Shown: positions 47,250 through 56,155 of the stretch, in pieces
Numbering within the stretch: position 1 is the stretch's first letter
Layout: each line of letters begins with the position of its first letter
From: an uncultured Christensenella sp.
GTDB lineage: Bacteria; Bacillota; Clostridia; Christensenellales; UBA1750
Direction of reading: 5' to 3'
Assembly (NCBI GenBank): GCA_905193155.1
Contig: CAJJNQ010000005.1
Span: 6,814 to 70,813 of the forward strand
Length of the DNA: 64,000 nucleotides
The notes under the pieces: model-generated
Told to the model about the DNA's origin: nothing
Seen by the model: the letters and a program-made list of their open reading frames with translations, nothing else
The model's database searches: none
Program-made: the position numbers and the translations under genes

Positions 47250-48539
47250 TTATCGCAGGTCGGTCACGCGCTTGGCCTTGCCCTCAAAGCGCTTGAGGGT
47301 GTTGGGCGAAACAAGAGTGACTTTCGCGTCAATCTGCAAAACAACCTTGAGCTTATCGTGAATCTTCTTGGTGAGCGCTTCCAGTTCGCCGTAGGCTTCC
47401 AACAGGCTTGCGTCGGTCAGCTCCACCTTGACCTCGATCTGATCCATGAAGCCCTTCTTGGTGACGACGATCTCGTAGTGCGGGCCAATGCCCTCCATGC
47501 CGATGAGCGCGCTCTCGATCTGAGAGGGGAACACGTTGACGCCGCGGATGATGAGCATATCGTCGCTGCGGCCGGCAATCTTCTGCATGCGCATGGTGGT
47601 GCGGCCGCATTTGCACGGTTCTTTGATCAGGCGGGTGATGTCGTGCGTGCGGTAGCGCAGCAGCGGCAGCGCCTGCTTTTTGAGCGGCGTGACGACCAGC
47701 TCGCCCCACTCGCCTTCCGGCACGGGTTCGCCGGTTTCGGGATCGACCACTTCGCAATAGAAGTAGTCCTCATTGATGTGCATGCCGCATTTTTCGGTGC
47801 ACTCCCCCGAAACGCCGGGGCCGACCAGTTCGCTCATGCCGTAGTTTTCCGTCGCAGTGATGTGCCAGCGGCGCTCCAATTCCCGACGCATTTCTTCCGT
47901 AGAGCCCTCCGCGCCGAACAGACCGGTGCGCAGTTTAATCTTATCCATCATGCCCATGCGCTCAGCGACTTCCGCCATGTAGAGCGCGTAAGAGGGCGTA
48001 GCCACCAACAGCGTCGTGCCAAAGTCTGCCATCAGATTGATCTGGCGCTCGGTATTGCCAGACGAAATCGGAATAACCGCCGCGCCGATCTTGCTCAGAC
48101 CCTGATGCAGCCCCAGCGCGCCGGTGAACAGACCGTAGCCAAAAGAAATCTGCGCGATGTCCTCATCGGTCGCTCCGCCCGCGGCCGCCAAGCGCGCCAC
48201 GCAGGTGGACCACATCTCGATATCGTCGCGCGTATAGCCCACCACAGTCGGTCGGCCCGTGGTGCCGGAGGAGGCATGGATGCGGACGATTTCCTTCATC
48301 GGCACGGCAAACAGGTCGTAAGGGTAATGATCGCGCAGGTCGTCCTTGACCGTAAAGGGCAGGCGGCGGATGTCATCCAGAGATTGGATATCCTCCGGCT
48401 TGATGCGGAGCGCGTCCAATCGTTCTTTATACATGGGCACACGCTCGTAAACATAGGCCACCGTCTCCTGCAAACGCTTCAGTTGCAGCGCCTCCATTTC
48501 GGCACGACCCATCGTTTCGATTTCCGGCTGGTAAATCAT
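47250..48539 (-). CDS. Phenylacetate--CoA ligase family (PaaK-like), copy 1
   Basis: 429 aa. RIHASSGTTGRPTV. Roughly half the residues are identical to copy 2 by eye. Confidence 0.85.
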   Translation of the reverse strand: MIYQPEIETMGRAEMEALQLKRLQETVAYVYERVPMYKERLDALRIKPEDIQSLDDIRRLPFTVKDDLRDHYPYDLFAVPMKEIVRIHASSGTTGRPTVVGYTRDDIEMWSTCVARLAAAGGATDEDIAQISFGYGLFTGALGLHQGLSKIGAAVIPISSGNTERQINLMADFGTTLLVATPSYALYMAEVAERMGMMDKIKLRTGLFGAEGSTEEMRRELERRWHITATENYGMSELVGPGVSGECTEKCGMHINEDYFYCEVVDPETGEPVPEGEWGELVVTPLKKQALPLLRYRTHDITRLIKEPCKCGRTTMRMQKIAGRSDDMLIIRGVNVFPSQIESALIGMEGIGPHYEIVVTKKGFMDQIEVKVELTDASLLEAYGELEALTKKIHDKLKVVLQIDAKVTLVSPNTLKRFEGKAKRVTDLR

Positions 48540-48580
48540 GGTTTCTTCCTCTTTTCTACCGTTCTTCCGTCATGATGCGA

Positions 48581-48609
48581 TGCGCGGCGGCCTGCGGCCG
48601 CCGCGCATT
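48581..48609 (-). promoter_or_regulatory. 13-bp perfect GC-rich stem-loop near the predicted 5' end of the ior operon mRNA
   Basis: atgcgcggcggcc (48581..48593), loop tgc, ggccgccgcgcat (48597..48609). No U-tract on either strand. 42 nt upstream of the paaK ATG. Confidence 0.5.
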
Positions 48610-48621
48610 GGATAGATTTTA

Positions 48622-48649
48622 TTATACTCATTTTATGCATCTTTGCAAA
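48622..48649 (-). promoter_or_regulatory. Sigma-A-like promoter for the paaK-iorAB-paaK-ACT operon
   Basis: Minus strand TTGCAA (48649..48644), 16-nt spacer, TATAAT (48627..48622). Confidence 0.55.
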
Positions 48650-48791
48650 GACCTAAATCGCGCTTTTGCTTTTTCTGCTCTATTTCATGTATCAAGACTG
48701 TGAATAAAAAGCGCGGCCTTTGCCAAGGCTAATCCAGACCGGAGATTTCTATTCAAGTTTCATGACAAGTTTGATAAATTATAATTTAATA

Positions 48792-48820
48792 TTGACAACT
48801 AATTATCAATATGATATTCT
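48792..48820 (+). promoter_or_regulatory. Possible promoter for the alcohol dehydrogenase gene
   Basis: TTGACA (48792..48797), 17-nt spacer, TATTCT (48815..48820). AT-rich surroundings. Confidence 0.4.
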
Positions 48821-48876
48821 TTGCACAGATATAAATTTTCTGCCGCTGCGCAGAAACGAGAAAGGATGGTTTCATT

Positions 48877-50049
48877 ATGGCACGTTTTACGCTTCCCTGT
48901 GATCTCTATTTCGGCAAGGGTGCAATGGAAGAGCTGCGCACCGCGCTTGCCGGATACAAAAAGGGCTTCATCGTCGTGGGCGGTCACTCGATGCAGAAGA
49001 ACGGCTTTCTGGCTAAGCTGGAAAATATCCTGCACGAGGCCGGTCTGGAGACGCAGGTCTTTGAAGGCGTCGAGCCCGATCCTTCTGTCGAAACCGTGAT
49101 GCGCGGCGCGCAGGCGATGCGCGATTTCCAGCCCGACGTGATTCTCTCCATCGGCGGCGGTTCCCCCATGGACGCAGCCAAGGCGATGTGGGTGTTCTAC
49201 GAGCATCCCGAAAAGACCTTTGACGACATCAAGGATCCCTTCACCATCCCGAAGCTGCGCAACAAGGCCATCTTCGCAGCCATCCCCTCCACCTCCGGCA
49301 CCGCGTCGGAAGTGACGGCCTTCTCGGTCATCACCGACTACAAGACGTTGGTCAAGTACCCTCTGGCGGACTTCAACATCACGCCCGATATCGCCATTCT
49401 GGATGAGGACATCCCGTTGACGATGCCCAGGACGCTGACCGCGCACACCGGCATGGACGCGCTGACCCACGCCATCGAGGCCTATGTGGCGGGTCTGCAT
49501 TCCGATTTCTCCGATCCGCTGGCGCTCAAGGCGATCCAGATGATTTTCGATTACCTGCCCGCTTCCTACAACGGCGATGAAACCGCGCGCGGCAAGATGC
49601 ACGTCGCACAGTGCCTGGCAGGCATGGCTTTCTCCAACGCGCTGCTCGGCATTGCCCATTCGCTGGCCCACAAGGTCGGCGCACAGTATGAAATCCCGCA
49701 CGGCTGCTGCAACGCAATCCTGCTGCCCAACGTCATCCGCTACAACTCCAAGGCCTGCTTAAGCCGCTATGCGGACATCGCCCGCTACATCGGCCTGACC
49801 GGCAAGGATGATCAGGAGCTGACGGATAAGCTGGTGGAAAAGGTCGAGCAGCTGAACAAGACCGTCGATATTGCACCCAGCTTCCGCGAGCACGGCGTGA
49901 CGGACGAAAAGTTCAACAGCACCATCGACTTTGTCGCACAGCAGGCTTTCGGCGATCCCTGCACCGGCTCCAACCCGCGCCAGACCTCGCCCGAAGATCT
50001 CAAAAAGATCCTGATCTGCTGCCTGGACGGCAAAAAGGTCGATTTCTGA
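48877..50049 (+). CDS. Iron-containing (group III) alcohol dehydrogenase
   Basis: 390 aa. GGGSPMDAAKAM, metal-ligand region HTGMDALTHAIEAY and IAHSLAHKVGAQYEIPHG. Confidence 0.9.
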   Translation: MARFTLPCDLYFGKGAMEELRTALAGYKKGFIVVGGHSMQKNGFLAKLENILHEAGLETQVFEGVEPDPSVETVMRGAQAMRDFQPDVILSIGGGSPMDAAKAMWVFYEHPEKTFDDIKDPFTIPKLRNKAIFAAIPSTSGTASEVTAFSVITDYKTLVKYPLADFNITPDIAILDEDIPLTMPRTLTAHTGMDALTHAIEAYVAGLHSDFSDPLALKAIQMIFDYLPASYNGDETARGKMHVAQCLAGMAFSNALLGIAHSLAHKVGAQYEIPHGCCNAILLPNVIRYNSKACLSRYADIARYIGLTGKDDQELTDKLVEKVEQLNKTVDIAPSFREHGVTDEKFNSTIDFVAQQAFGDPCTGSNPRQTSPEDLKKILICCLDGKKVDF

Positions 50050-50073
50050 TTTTGTTTTCACAAATCCCTTTCG

Positions 50074-50104
50074 GAGGACGCGCCGCAGCGCGTCCTCTTT
50101 TTTT
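50074..50104 (+). terminator. Terminator after the alcohol dehydrogenase gene
   Basis: gaggacgcg (50074..50082) pairs with cgcgtcctc (50089..50097), followed by ttttttt. Confidence 0.8.
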
Positions 50105-50184
50105 ACACGTTTTCACTTTCGCCCCGGAGCGGCAGGCTGTATAATACCCGCATAAAAAATGCTTCCAAACGGGAGGATTCATCC

Positions 50185-50697
50185 ATGACGGGCAATAAGA
50201 ATCTCGTACTGATCGGCATGCCGGGCAGCGGCAAGAGCACCGTGGGCGTGCTCTGCGCCAAGGCGCTGGGGATGCCTTTTCTCGATACCGACCTTGCCAT
50301 CCAGCAAAAGACCGGCAAGCTCCTGCAAAAATCCGTAGACGAATTGGGCGCGGAGGGCTTTCTGGCGATGGAAGAGCAGGTTATTATCTCTTTGGACTGT
50401 GAAAACACCGTGCTGGCCACCGGCGGCTCCGTCGCCCTGGAGGACAACTCCATGGCGCATCTGAGGGAACGCGGCGTGGTGTTTTATCTTTCCCTTCCAT
50501 ATAAAGAAATCGAGCGGCGGCTGCGCAACATCGCCACGCGCGGCATCGCTATGGGTCCCGGAGAAAGCCTGAAAACCCTCTATGATTACCGCGTGCCGCA
50601 CTACGAAAAATGGGCGGATGTGGTCATCGAAGGGTGCGGACAGACGTTGGAAGAAACCGTGCAGGCCGTCGTCTCCGCCTGGCGCGCTATGAACTAA
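50185..50697 (+). CDS. aroK: Shikimate kinase
   Basis: 170 aa. LIGMPGSGKSTVG P-loop and DTD motif (FLDTDLAIQQ). Confidence 0.85.
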   Translation: MTGNKNLVLIGMPGSGKSTVGVLCAKALGMPFLDTDLAIQQKTGKLLQKSVDELGAEGFLAMEEQVIISLDCENTVLATGGSVALEDNSMAHLRERGVVFYLSLPYKEIERRLRNIATRGIAMGPGESLKTLYDYRVPHYEKWADVVIEGCGQTLEETVQAVVSAWRAMN

Positions 50698-50711
50698 TCG
50701 TTCATTTTATC

Positions 50712-50740
50712 TTTACAAAGGCCGCAAAATGCCGTATACT
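50712..50740 (+). promoter_or_regulatory. Sigma-A-like promoter for the symporter gene
   Basis: TTTACA (50712..50717), 17-nt spacer, TATACT (50735..50740). Confidence 0.5.
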
Positions 50741-50840
50741 CTTCTGCGTAGCATGGATGGCTCGATGAGTGAGCCGTTTTGCCGCCCGCGGGCGGCGCAA
50801 TTCCCCAAGGCAGAATGGAAGAACGGAAGGTGGGTCTTTG

Positions 50841-52289
50841 ATGAAGTGGGTCTTTTTGTCTCTTTACCTCGTAGCGATTGTTGTGATCGCCGTGCTTTCC
50901 TCGCGGAAAGTGAAAAGCCTTAACGATTTTCATCTGGGCGGCAGAAATGTAGGTCCCTGGCTGTCTGCGTTCGCATACGGCACGACCTATTTTTCTGCCG
51001 TCATTTTTGTCGGCTATGCAGGCAAGCTGGGCTGGAACTTCGGCACGGCGGCCAGCTGGATCGGCATCGGCAACGCGCTGATCGGCTCGGCACTTGCCTG
51101 GGCCGTGCTGGGCAACCGCACGCGCACCATGACGCAGAATCTCGGCGCAACCACCATGCCGGAGTTCTTCGAGATGCGCTACGACTCGAAGTTTCTCAAA
51201 ATTGCGGTCGCGCTGGTGATCTTCGTGTTCCTTGTGCCCTACTCCGCGTCGGTCTATCAGGGCCTTGGCTATCTGTTTGAATCGACGTTCGGGCTTCCGG
51301 TGGAGGTCTGTATGATCGCCATGGCGGTCTTTACGCTGATTGCGGTGTTTCTGGGCGGATATCTCGGTTCGGTGCTGATCGACTTTGTGCAGGGCATCGT
51401 GATGATCGCAGGTGTATGCCTGATGATGATTTTCTTATTTAATAAAATGGGCGGCGTGCAGACGGCGTTTTCCAGCCTGAAGGCGATCGATCCCGAGTTG
51501 GTCTCCGCCGTCGGTCCTTCGCCGCTGAACCTTTTGTGGATGGTCTGCCTGACCTCGTTCGGCGTATGGGGGCTGCCGCAGATGGTGCACAAGTTCTATG
51601 CCATCCGCGACAGACGCTCGGTCAGAATCGGTGCAATCGTCTCTACCCTGTTCGCCACGCTCATCGGCGGGTGTGCCTATCTTGCCGGATCGTTCTCGCG
51701 CGTGGTGCTGAACATCAGCGACCCCGCGGCGGTGGGCGGCGTGGACAAGCTCGTGCCGGAGATGCTCTTTGCCTCGATGCCGGAATGGATGCTGGGGCTG
51801 ATCGTGGTGCTGGTATTGTCCGCATCGATGTCTACGCTGCAATCGCTGGTCATGGTGTCCTCCTCCGCCATTGCCATCGACCTGGTCAAGGGCGTATTCA
51901 AGCCGAACATGAGCGATAAGGCGGTTAAAGGCCTGATGCGCGGGCTGTGCGCAGCATTCGTCGTGGTATCGCTGATCATTGCACTGGGGCAGGTCGCGGA
52001 GATCGTGACGCTGATGAGCATGAGCTGGGGCACGGTGGCCGGCTGCATTTTGGGGCCGTATCTGTTCGGCGTAGTGAGCAAGCGCGCCAACAAGCGGGGC
52101 GCGATCTGCGGTTTTTCTGCCGGACTGCTGCTCTCCATCGCCCTGACGATTGCGCTGGGCACGGGTCAGGCGCCGATGATCGGCTGCCTTTCGATGCTGG
52201 CCTCCGTCGTGGTCACGCCGCTGGTTTCGCTTCTCGCACCCGCGCCCGATCAGGCGCTGATCGCCTGTGCGTTTGCAAAGGGCAAATAA
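50841..52289 (+). CDS. Sodium:solute symporter (SSS) family transporter, substrate unknown
   Basis: ORF 50769..52289. ATG at 50841 (MKWVFLSLYLVAIVVIAVLSSRKV). About 13 hydrophobic segments. GGRNVGPWLSAFAYGTTYFSAV is typical of the SSS family. Confidence 0.8.
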   Translation: MKWVFLSLYLVAIVVIAVLSSRKVKSLNDFHLGGRNVGPWLSAFAYGTTYFSAVIFVGYAGKLGWNFGTAASWIGIGNALIGSALAWAVLGNRTRTMTQNLGATTMPEFFEMRYDSKFLKIAVALVIFVFLVPYSASVYQGLGYLFESTFGLPVEVCMIAMAVFTLIAVFLGGYLGSVLIDFVQGIVMIAGVCLMMIFLFNKMGGVQTAFSSLKAIDPELVSAVGPSPLNLLWMVCLTSFGVWGLPQMVHKFYAIRDRRSVRIGAIVSTLFATLIGGCAYLAGSFSRVVLNISDPAAVGGVDKLVPEMLFASMPEWMLGLIVVLVLSASMSTLQSLVMVSSSAIAIDLVKGVFKPNMSDKAVKGLMRGLCAAFVVVSLIIALGQVAEIVTLMSMSWGTVAGCILGPYLFGVVSKRANKRGAICGFSAGLLLSIALTIALGTGQAPMIGCLSMLASVVVTPLVSLLAPAPDQALIACAFAKGK

Positions 52290-52322
52290 TTTCTTTACAA
52301 AATTTTTATTCCCATCCTGCGG

Positions 52323-52354
52323 AAAAGGCGGATTTATATCCGCCTTTTCTTTTT
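52323..52354 (+). terminator. Terminator after the symporter gene
   Basis: aaaaggcggat (52323..52333) pairs with atccgcctttt (52338..52348), followed by cttttt. Confidence 0.8.
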
Positions 52355-52380
52355 ACATTTGCCCGTGAGTATGATATAAT
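52352..52380 (+). promoter_or_regulatory. Sigma-A-like promoter for the CNNM/CorC gene
   Basis: TTTACA (52352..52357), 17-nt spacer, TATAAT (52375..52380). Confidence 0.55.
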
Positions 52381-52414
52381 AAAAATAATTCGAATTTCAA
52401 AAGGGGGAATTCCT

Positions 52415-53767
52415 GTGCCTGCGGACCCTATATGGGGGCAACTGATTCTACAAGTCATTTTGATCGCGGTCAACGCATTCTTCGCCGCTGCGGAGATCGC
52501 CGTGATCAGCCTGGACGAAAACAAACTTCGTGTCCGAGCGGAAAACGGCGATAAAGACGCCGTCCGGATGCTCAAGCTGGTTTCGTCGCCGTCCGGCTTC
52601 CTCTCCACCATCCAGATCGCCATAACGCTTGCCGGCTTTCTGGGATCGGCTTTCGCGGCGGATAATTTCGCCGGCCCGATGGTCGAAGCATTGATGAAGA
52701 CGAACGCCTTCGGCAACATGAATCAGAACGTCCTCAATACCGTCTGTGTGATCCTGATTACCATCATCCTCTCCTATTTCACGCTGGTTTTCGGCGAACT
52801 CGTTCCCAAGCGCGTCGCCATGCAGAAGACCGACGCGGTGGCCAAGGTGGTCAGCGGCGTGATTCTGGGCTTTTCCACCGTGATGAAACCGCCGGTCTGG
52901 CTGCTGACGGTTTCCACCAACGGCGTGCTTCGTCTCTGCCGCATTGATCCCAATGCGCAGGAAGACAGCGTCACCGAGCAGGACATCCGCATGATGGCCG
53001 ATATCGGTGAAGAAAAGGGTTCCATCACCGAGACCGAAGGCGAGATGATCGACAACATCTTCGAGTTCAACAACCACACCGCCTTCGACGTCATGACCCA
53101 CCGCACCGACGTGATCGCCATCAGCGCGGACGCAACGGACGAGGAGATTTTGCGCACCATCCGCGAATCCGGTCTGTCGCGCATCCCGGTGTACGAAAAG
53201 ACCATCGACGATGTGATCGGCATCCTGCGCGTGAGAGAATACCTGCTCTACCGCGCGGTGGATGACAACCGCACCCTGCGCGAGATGCTGCATACGCCCA
53301 ATTTCGTGCCTGAGAGTGTGCGCACCGACGTGCTCTTCCGCTCCATGCAGCAGAAGAAAAACCACATCGCCATCGTCGTAGACGAATACGGCGGGGTGAG
53401 CGGTCTGGTGACGATGGAAGACCTGCTGGAAGAGATCGTGGGCAATATCTACGACGAATACGACCCGCAGGTGGAGCAGGCGGTCGCCAAGATCGGCGAC
53501 AACCTCTGGCGCGTTTCCGGCATCTGCGAGCTTTCCGTGCTGTCCGAGGCGCTGGATACGCCGCTGCCGCTGGATGAGGATTACGATACGCTGAGCGGTC
53601 TGGTGTTCTCTCAGCTCTCCTCCATCCCGCAGGACGGTTCGCATCCCGAGCTGGATGTAGCCGGTCTGCACATCTATGTGGAAGAAATCTCCGACCACCG
53701 CGTCGAATGGGCGCAGGTGAGCAAGCTCTATCCCGAAAGCGACGCTCCCGAAGCGGAAGCTGATTAA
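52415..53767 (+). CDS. CNNM/CorC (hemolysin TlyC-like) family protein: DUF21 TM domain, CBS pair, CorC_HlyC
   Basis: ORF 51947..53767. GTG at 52415 (VPADPIWGQLILQVILIAVNAFFAAAEIAVISL) with AAGGGGGA upstream. GELVPKRVA. C-terminal transporter-associated domain. Confidence 0.85.
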   Translation: MPADPIWGQLILQVILIAVNAFFAAAEIAVISLDENKLRVRAENGDKDAVRMLKLVSSPSGFLSTIQIAITLAGFLGSAFAADNFAGPMVEALMKTNAFGNMNQNVLNTVCVILITIILSYFTLVFGELVPKRVAMQKTDAVAKVVSGVILGFSTVMKPPVWLLTVSTNGVLRLCRIDPNAQEDSVTEQDIRMMADIGEEKGSITETEGEMIDNIFEFNNHTAFDVMTHRTDVIAISADATDEEILRTIRESGLSRIPVYEKTIDDVIGILRVREYLLYRAVDDNRTLREMLHTPNFVPESVRTDVLFRSMQQKKNHIAIVVDEYGGVSGLVTMEDLLEEIVGNIYDEYDPQVEQAVAKIGDNLWRVSGICELSVLSEALDTPLPLDEDYDTLSGLVFSQLSSIPQDGSHPELDVAGLHIYVEEISDHRVEWAQVSKLYPESDAPEAEAD

Positions 53768-53768
53768 T

Positions 53769-53818
53769 AAAAAAAAGAAGGCTTCGCCGCAAAAATCTGC
53801 GGTAAAGCCTTCTTTTTT
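53769..53818. terminator. Bidirectional terminator between convergent CNNM and membrane-protein genes
   Basis: aaaaaagaaggctt (53771..53784) pairs with aagccttctttttt (53805..53818). Confidence 0.8.
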
Positions 53819-53822
53819 ATAC

Positions 53823-54536
53823 TCACGCTTTTTTGCGTCTCTCGGAAGCGAGAATAAAGGGCAGATGGAACAGCGAGATCAACACGACTCCCAGCGAAAC
53901 CATCCGCAGCAGATAGACATACCAACCCTTGTCGAGGTTGAGCACCGGCAGGTTTTCCATCGGCGGGCGGGTGAGATAAAAGAAGTTCGTGTCATAGGCG
54001 GAGAGCGCGCCGTTGACATACAGCATCAAAAACGCCGCCAGCATCAATAGCCCCATGTTTTCCCCCAGCACGCGGAAACTGCCCAGCTTCGCCCTCCCCG
54101 ACAGGATCAGATAGATGGAAAACCACATCAATCCTGCGTGATAGACAAAGCACTGATAGACCGGAAGCGACGCAAAATCCGTGCCGTTGGTCGGGATCAA
54201 GATGGCGCAGAAGCTGCCCAGCGTCCCCGCGGCCGCCAGAAAATTCATCAGCACACGCTTGAGACTTCCTTCTTTTCCGAAGGTGATATAGAGCACAACA
54301 AAAATCATCAGGCTGCACAGATGCAGCGGCAGGCTGTGCGGGTCCAGGTGCATCCCGCCCTCCGGACTTTCCACCATGTTGCTCAGAACTTTACTGACCT
54401 CGCTCAGCGCACAGATGGCCGTTATGATCCCGCCCGCCGTTTTAAGGCTTAATTTCTTTTGAACACTGAGCGCGCAAAGCCCGGCAACCGCTCCTGCACA
54501 CAACCCGATCCAGATAAAATGCTCCGCAGTAAACAT
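53823..54536 (-). CDS. Integral membrane protein, YwaF/TIGR02206-like
   Basis: 237 aa, about 7 TM segments. N-terminal FTAEHFIWIG and HLCSLMIFV resemble the YwaF family. Assignment is from memory only. Confidence 0.5.
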   Translation of the reverse strand: MFTAEHFIWIGLCAGAVAGLCALSVQKKLSLKTAGGIITAICALSEVSKVLSNMVESPEGGMHLDPHSLPLHLCSLMIFVVLYITFGKEGSLKRVLMNFLAAAGTLGSFCAILIPTNGTDFASLPVYQCFVYHAGLMWFSIYLILSGRAKLGSFRVLGENMGLLMLAAFLMLYVNGALSAYDTNFFYLTRPPMENLPVLNLDKGWYVYLLRMVSLGVVLISLFHLPFILASERRKKA

Positions 54537-54695
54537 CTTTTTCTCCTTTGCCTTTGGGTAAATATTTCAGATGCCTGCGATATTCTATCACGGAAAGCAC
54601 AGAAAATCCACAGTATGTTTCAGCCAGAAAGCGCCTTTCCCGCGCCGCGCGGATGTGCTATACTGAAAAAGGAACCATAAGGAGGTTTTGCTCCG

Positions 54696-55160
54696 ATGAA
54701 GGACGAATATGAGCAGGCCATGAACCAGGCGATGTACTACCTGGGCGTGCGTGCGCGAACCGTCAAACAGATGGAAGATTATCTCATCAAAAAACAGCAC
54801 GACGAGCACACCATCGCCTGCGTGATGGAAAAGCTGATCGAATACGGCTTGCTGGACGATGAACAATATGCCCAGCGCTATGTGCAAACGCGCAAGGACA
54901 CCAGCGGCAAATACCTGCTGCGCCAGAAGATGAAGATGCAGGGGTTGTCCTCCAACGTGATCGACGAAGCGGTGGGCGCCATCCCCTTTGAAGACCAGGT
55001 GGCCGCCGCCCGCGCCCTAATCGACCGCAAAATGGCGGGCGACGAGCGGGAGGACGCGCTGCGCCGCGCCGTGCAGTCGGTGATGCGGCGCGGGTTTGCC
55101 TATGATGTGGTGCGCGCTGCGGCAGACCAATATAAGGAGGAACTGGAATGGGAAGAATAG
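54696..55160 (+). CDS. recX: RecX-family regulatory protein
   Basis: 154 aa. AMNQAMYYLGVRARTVKQMEDYLIKK...VMEKLIEYGLLDDEQYAQRYVQTR three-repeat RecX pattern. Confidence 0.8.
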   Translation: MKDEYEQAMNQAMYYLGVRARTVKQMEDYLIKKQHDEHTIACVMEKLIEYGLLDDEQYAQRYVQTRKDTSGKYLLRQKMKMQGLSSNVIDEAVGAIPFEDQVAAARALIDRKMAGDEREDALRRAVQSVMRRGFAYDVVRAAADQYKEELEWEE

Positions 55161-56155
55161 CCTCCCCCTATGTGCCGGACGACGCCGACCGGCAGCTGCT
55201 CCGTCTGCTGCTGGCGGGCGGACCGGTTTCCGGCGAGGAAATGAGCCGGAAATTGAACATGACCCGCGCGGCGGTTTGGAAGCGCATCGCGCACCTGCGG
55301 GAAATGGGATATGACATCGAATCCGCGCCGCGCAAGGGCTATTGGCTGGCGGGCGACGTGCTCAAGGCGGACGCGGTGCTGGCGCAGCTGCACACCCGCT
55401 GGCTGGGACATACGCTGATCTGCGAACCGGTGGTGGATTCCACCTTCAAGCTGATGCGTGATCTGGAAAGCACCGGCTGTCCGGACGGCACGGTCGCCGT
55501 CGCAGGACAGCAGACCGAGGGCCGTGGGCGCATGAACCGCCGCTGGGCTTCCCCGCCGGACACCGGGCTTTATTTCAACGTCCTGCTGCGGCCGAATCTG
55601 CCCACCGTGCAGGCGGTACGCCTCACCCCCGCCATTGCCGTGGGCGTGTGCCATGCGCTGCGGAACCTTGGCTTTGATGCAAAAATCAAATGGCCAAACG
55701 ATATCGTGATCAGCGGGCGCAAGGTCTGCGGGATGCTGCTGGAGATGGGGGGCGATCTGGAGCGGCTGAAATTCATCTCCGCCGGCATCGGCATCAACGT
55801 TTTGCAGAAGCTGGAGGATTTCCCCGAGGATCTGCGCGAAAAGGCCGGTTCTCTGGCGCTGGCGGGCGGCAAGGGTTTTTCGCTCACGCGCACGGATGTG
55901 CTCTGCGCCTGTCTCTCCGCCATTGAACAGGCGGTGGAGCTTTGCTATGCCGATTACCCCGCGCTGCTGGAAGAATACCGCGCGCTTTCCATCACCATCG
56001 GGTCGGAAATCGTGGCCTCCGGCGGATCGGATGTGCGGGGCACGGCGATCGATATCAACGAAAACGGCGAGCTGCTGGTGCGCGACGCGGCAGGAGAAGT
56101 CCATGTGCTGCGCACGGGCGATGTCTCGGTCAGAGGAGTGATGGGTTATGTATAA
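55148..56155 (+). CDS. birA: Bifunctional biotin--[acetyl-CoA-carboxylase] ligase / biotin operon repressor
   Basis: 335 aa. N-terminal wHTH (VSGEEMSRKLNMTRAAVWKRIAHLREMGYDIES), GRGRMNRRWASPP, KWPNDIVISGRKVCGML. 13-nt overlap with recX. Confidence 0.9.
   Translation: MGRIASPYVPDDADRQLLRLLLAGGPVSGEEMSRKLNMTRAAVWKRIAHLREMGYDIESAPRKGYWLAGDVLKADAVLAQLHTRWLGHTLICEPVVDSTFKLMRDLESTGCPDGTVAVAGQQTEGRGRMNRRWASPPDTGLYFNVLLRPNLPTVQAVRLTPAIAVGVCHALRNLGFDAKIKWPNDIVISGRKVCGMLLEMGGDLERLKFISAGIGINVLQKLEDFPEDLREKAGSLALAGGKGFSLTRTDVLCACLSAIEQAVELCYADYPALLEEYRALSITIGSEIVASGGSDVRGTAIDINENGELLVRDAAGEVHVLRTGDVSVRGVMGYV

Noticed and set aside
50741-50840. Fluoride riboswitch in the symporter leader (GGATGG, CCGCC and GATGA strings present)
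   Set aside because: The order and spacing of these strings do not follow the crcB-motif layout as I remember it. The downstream gene is not a fluoride-related transporter.
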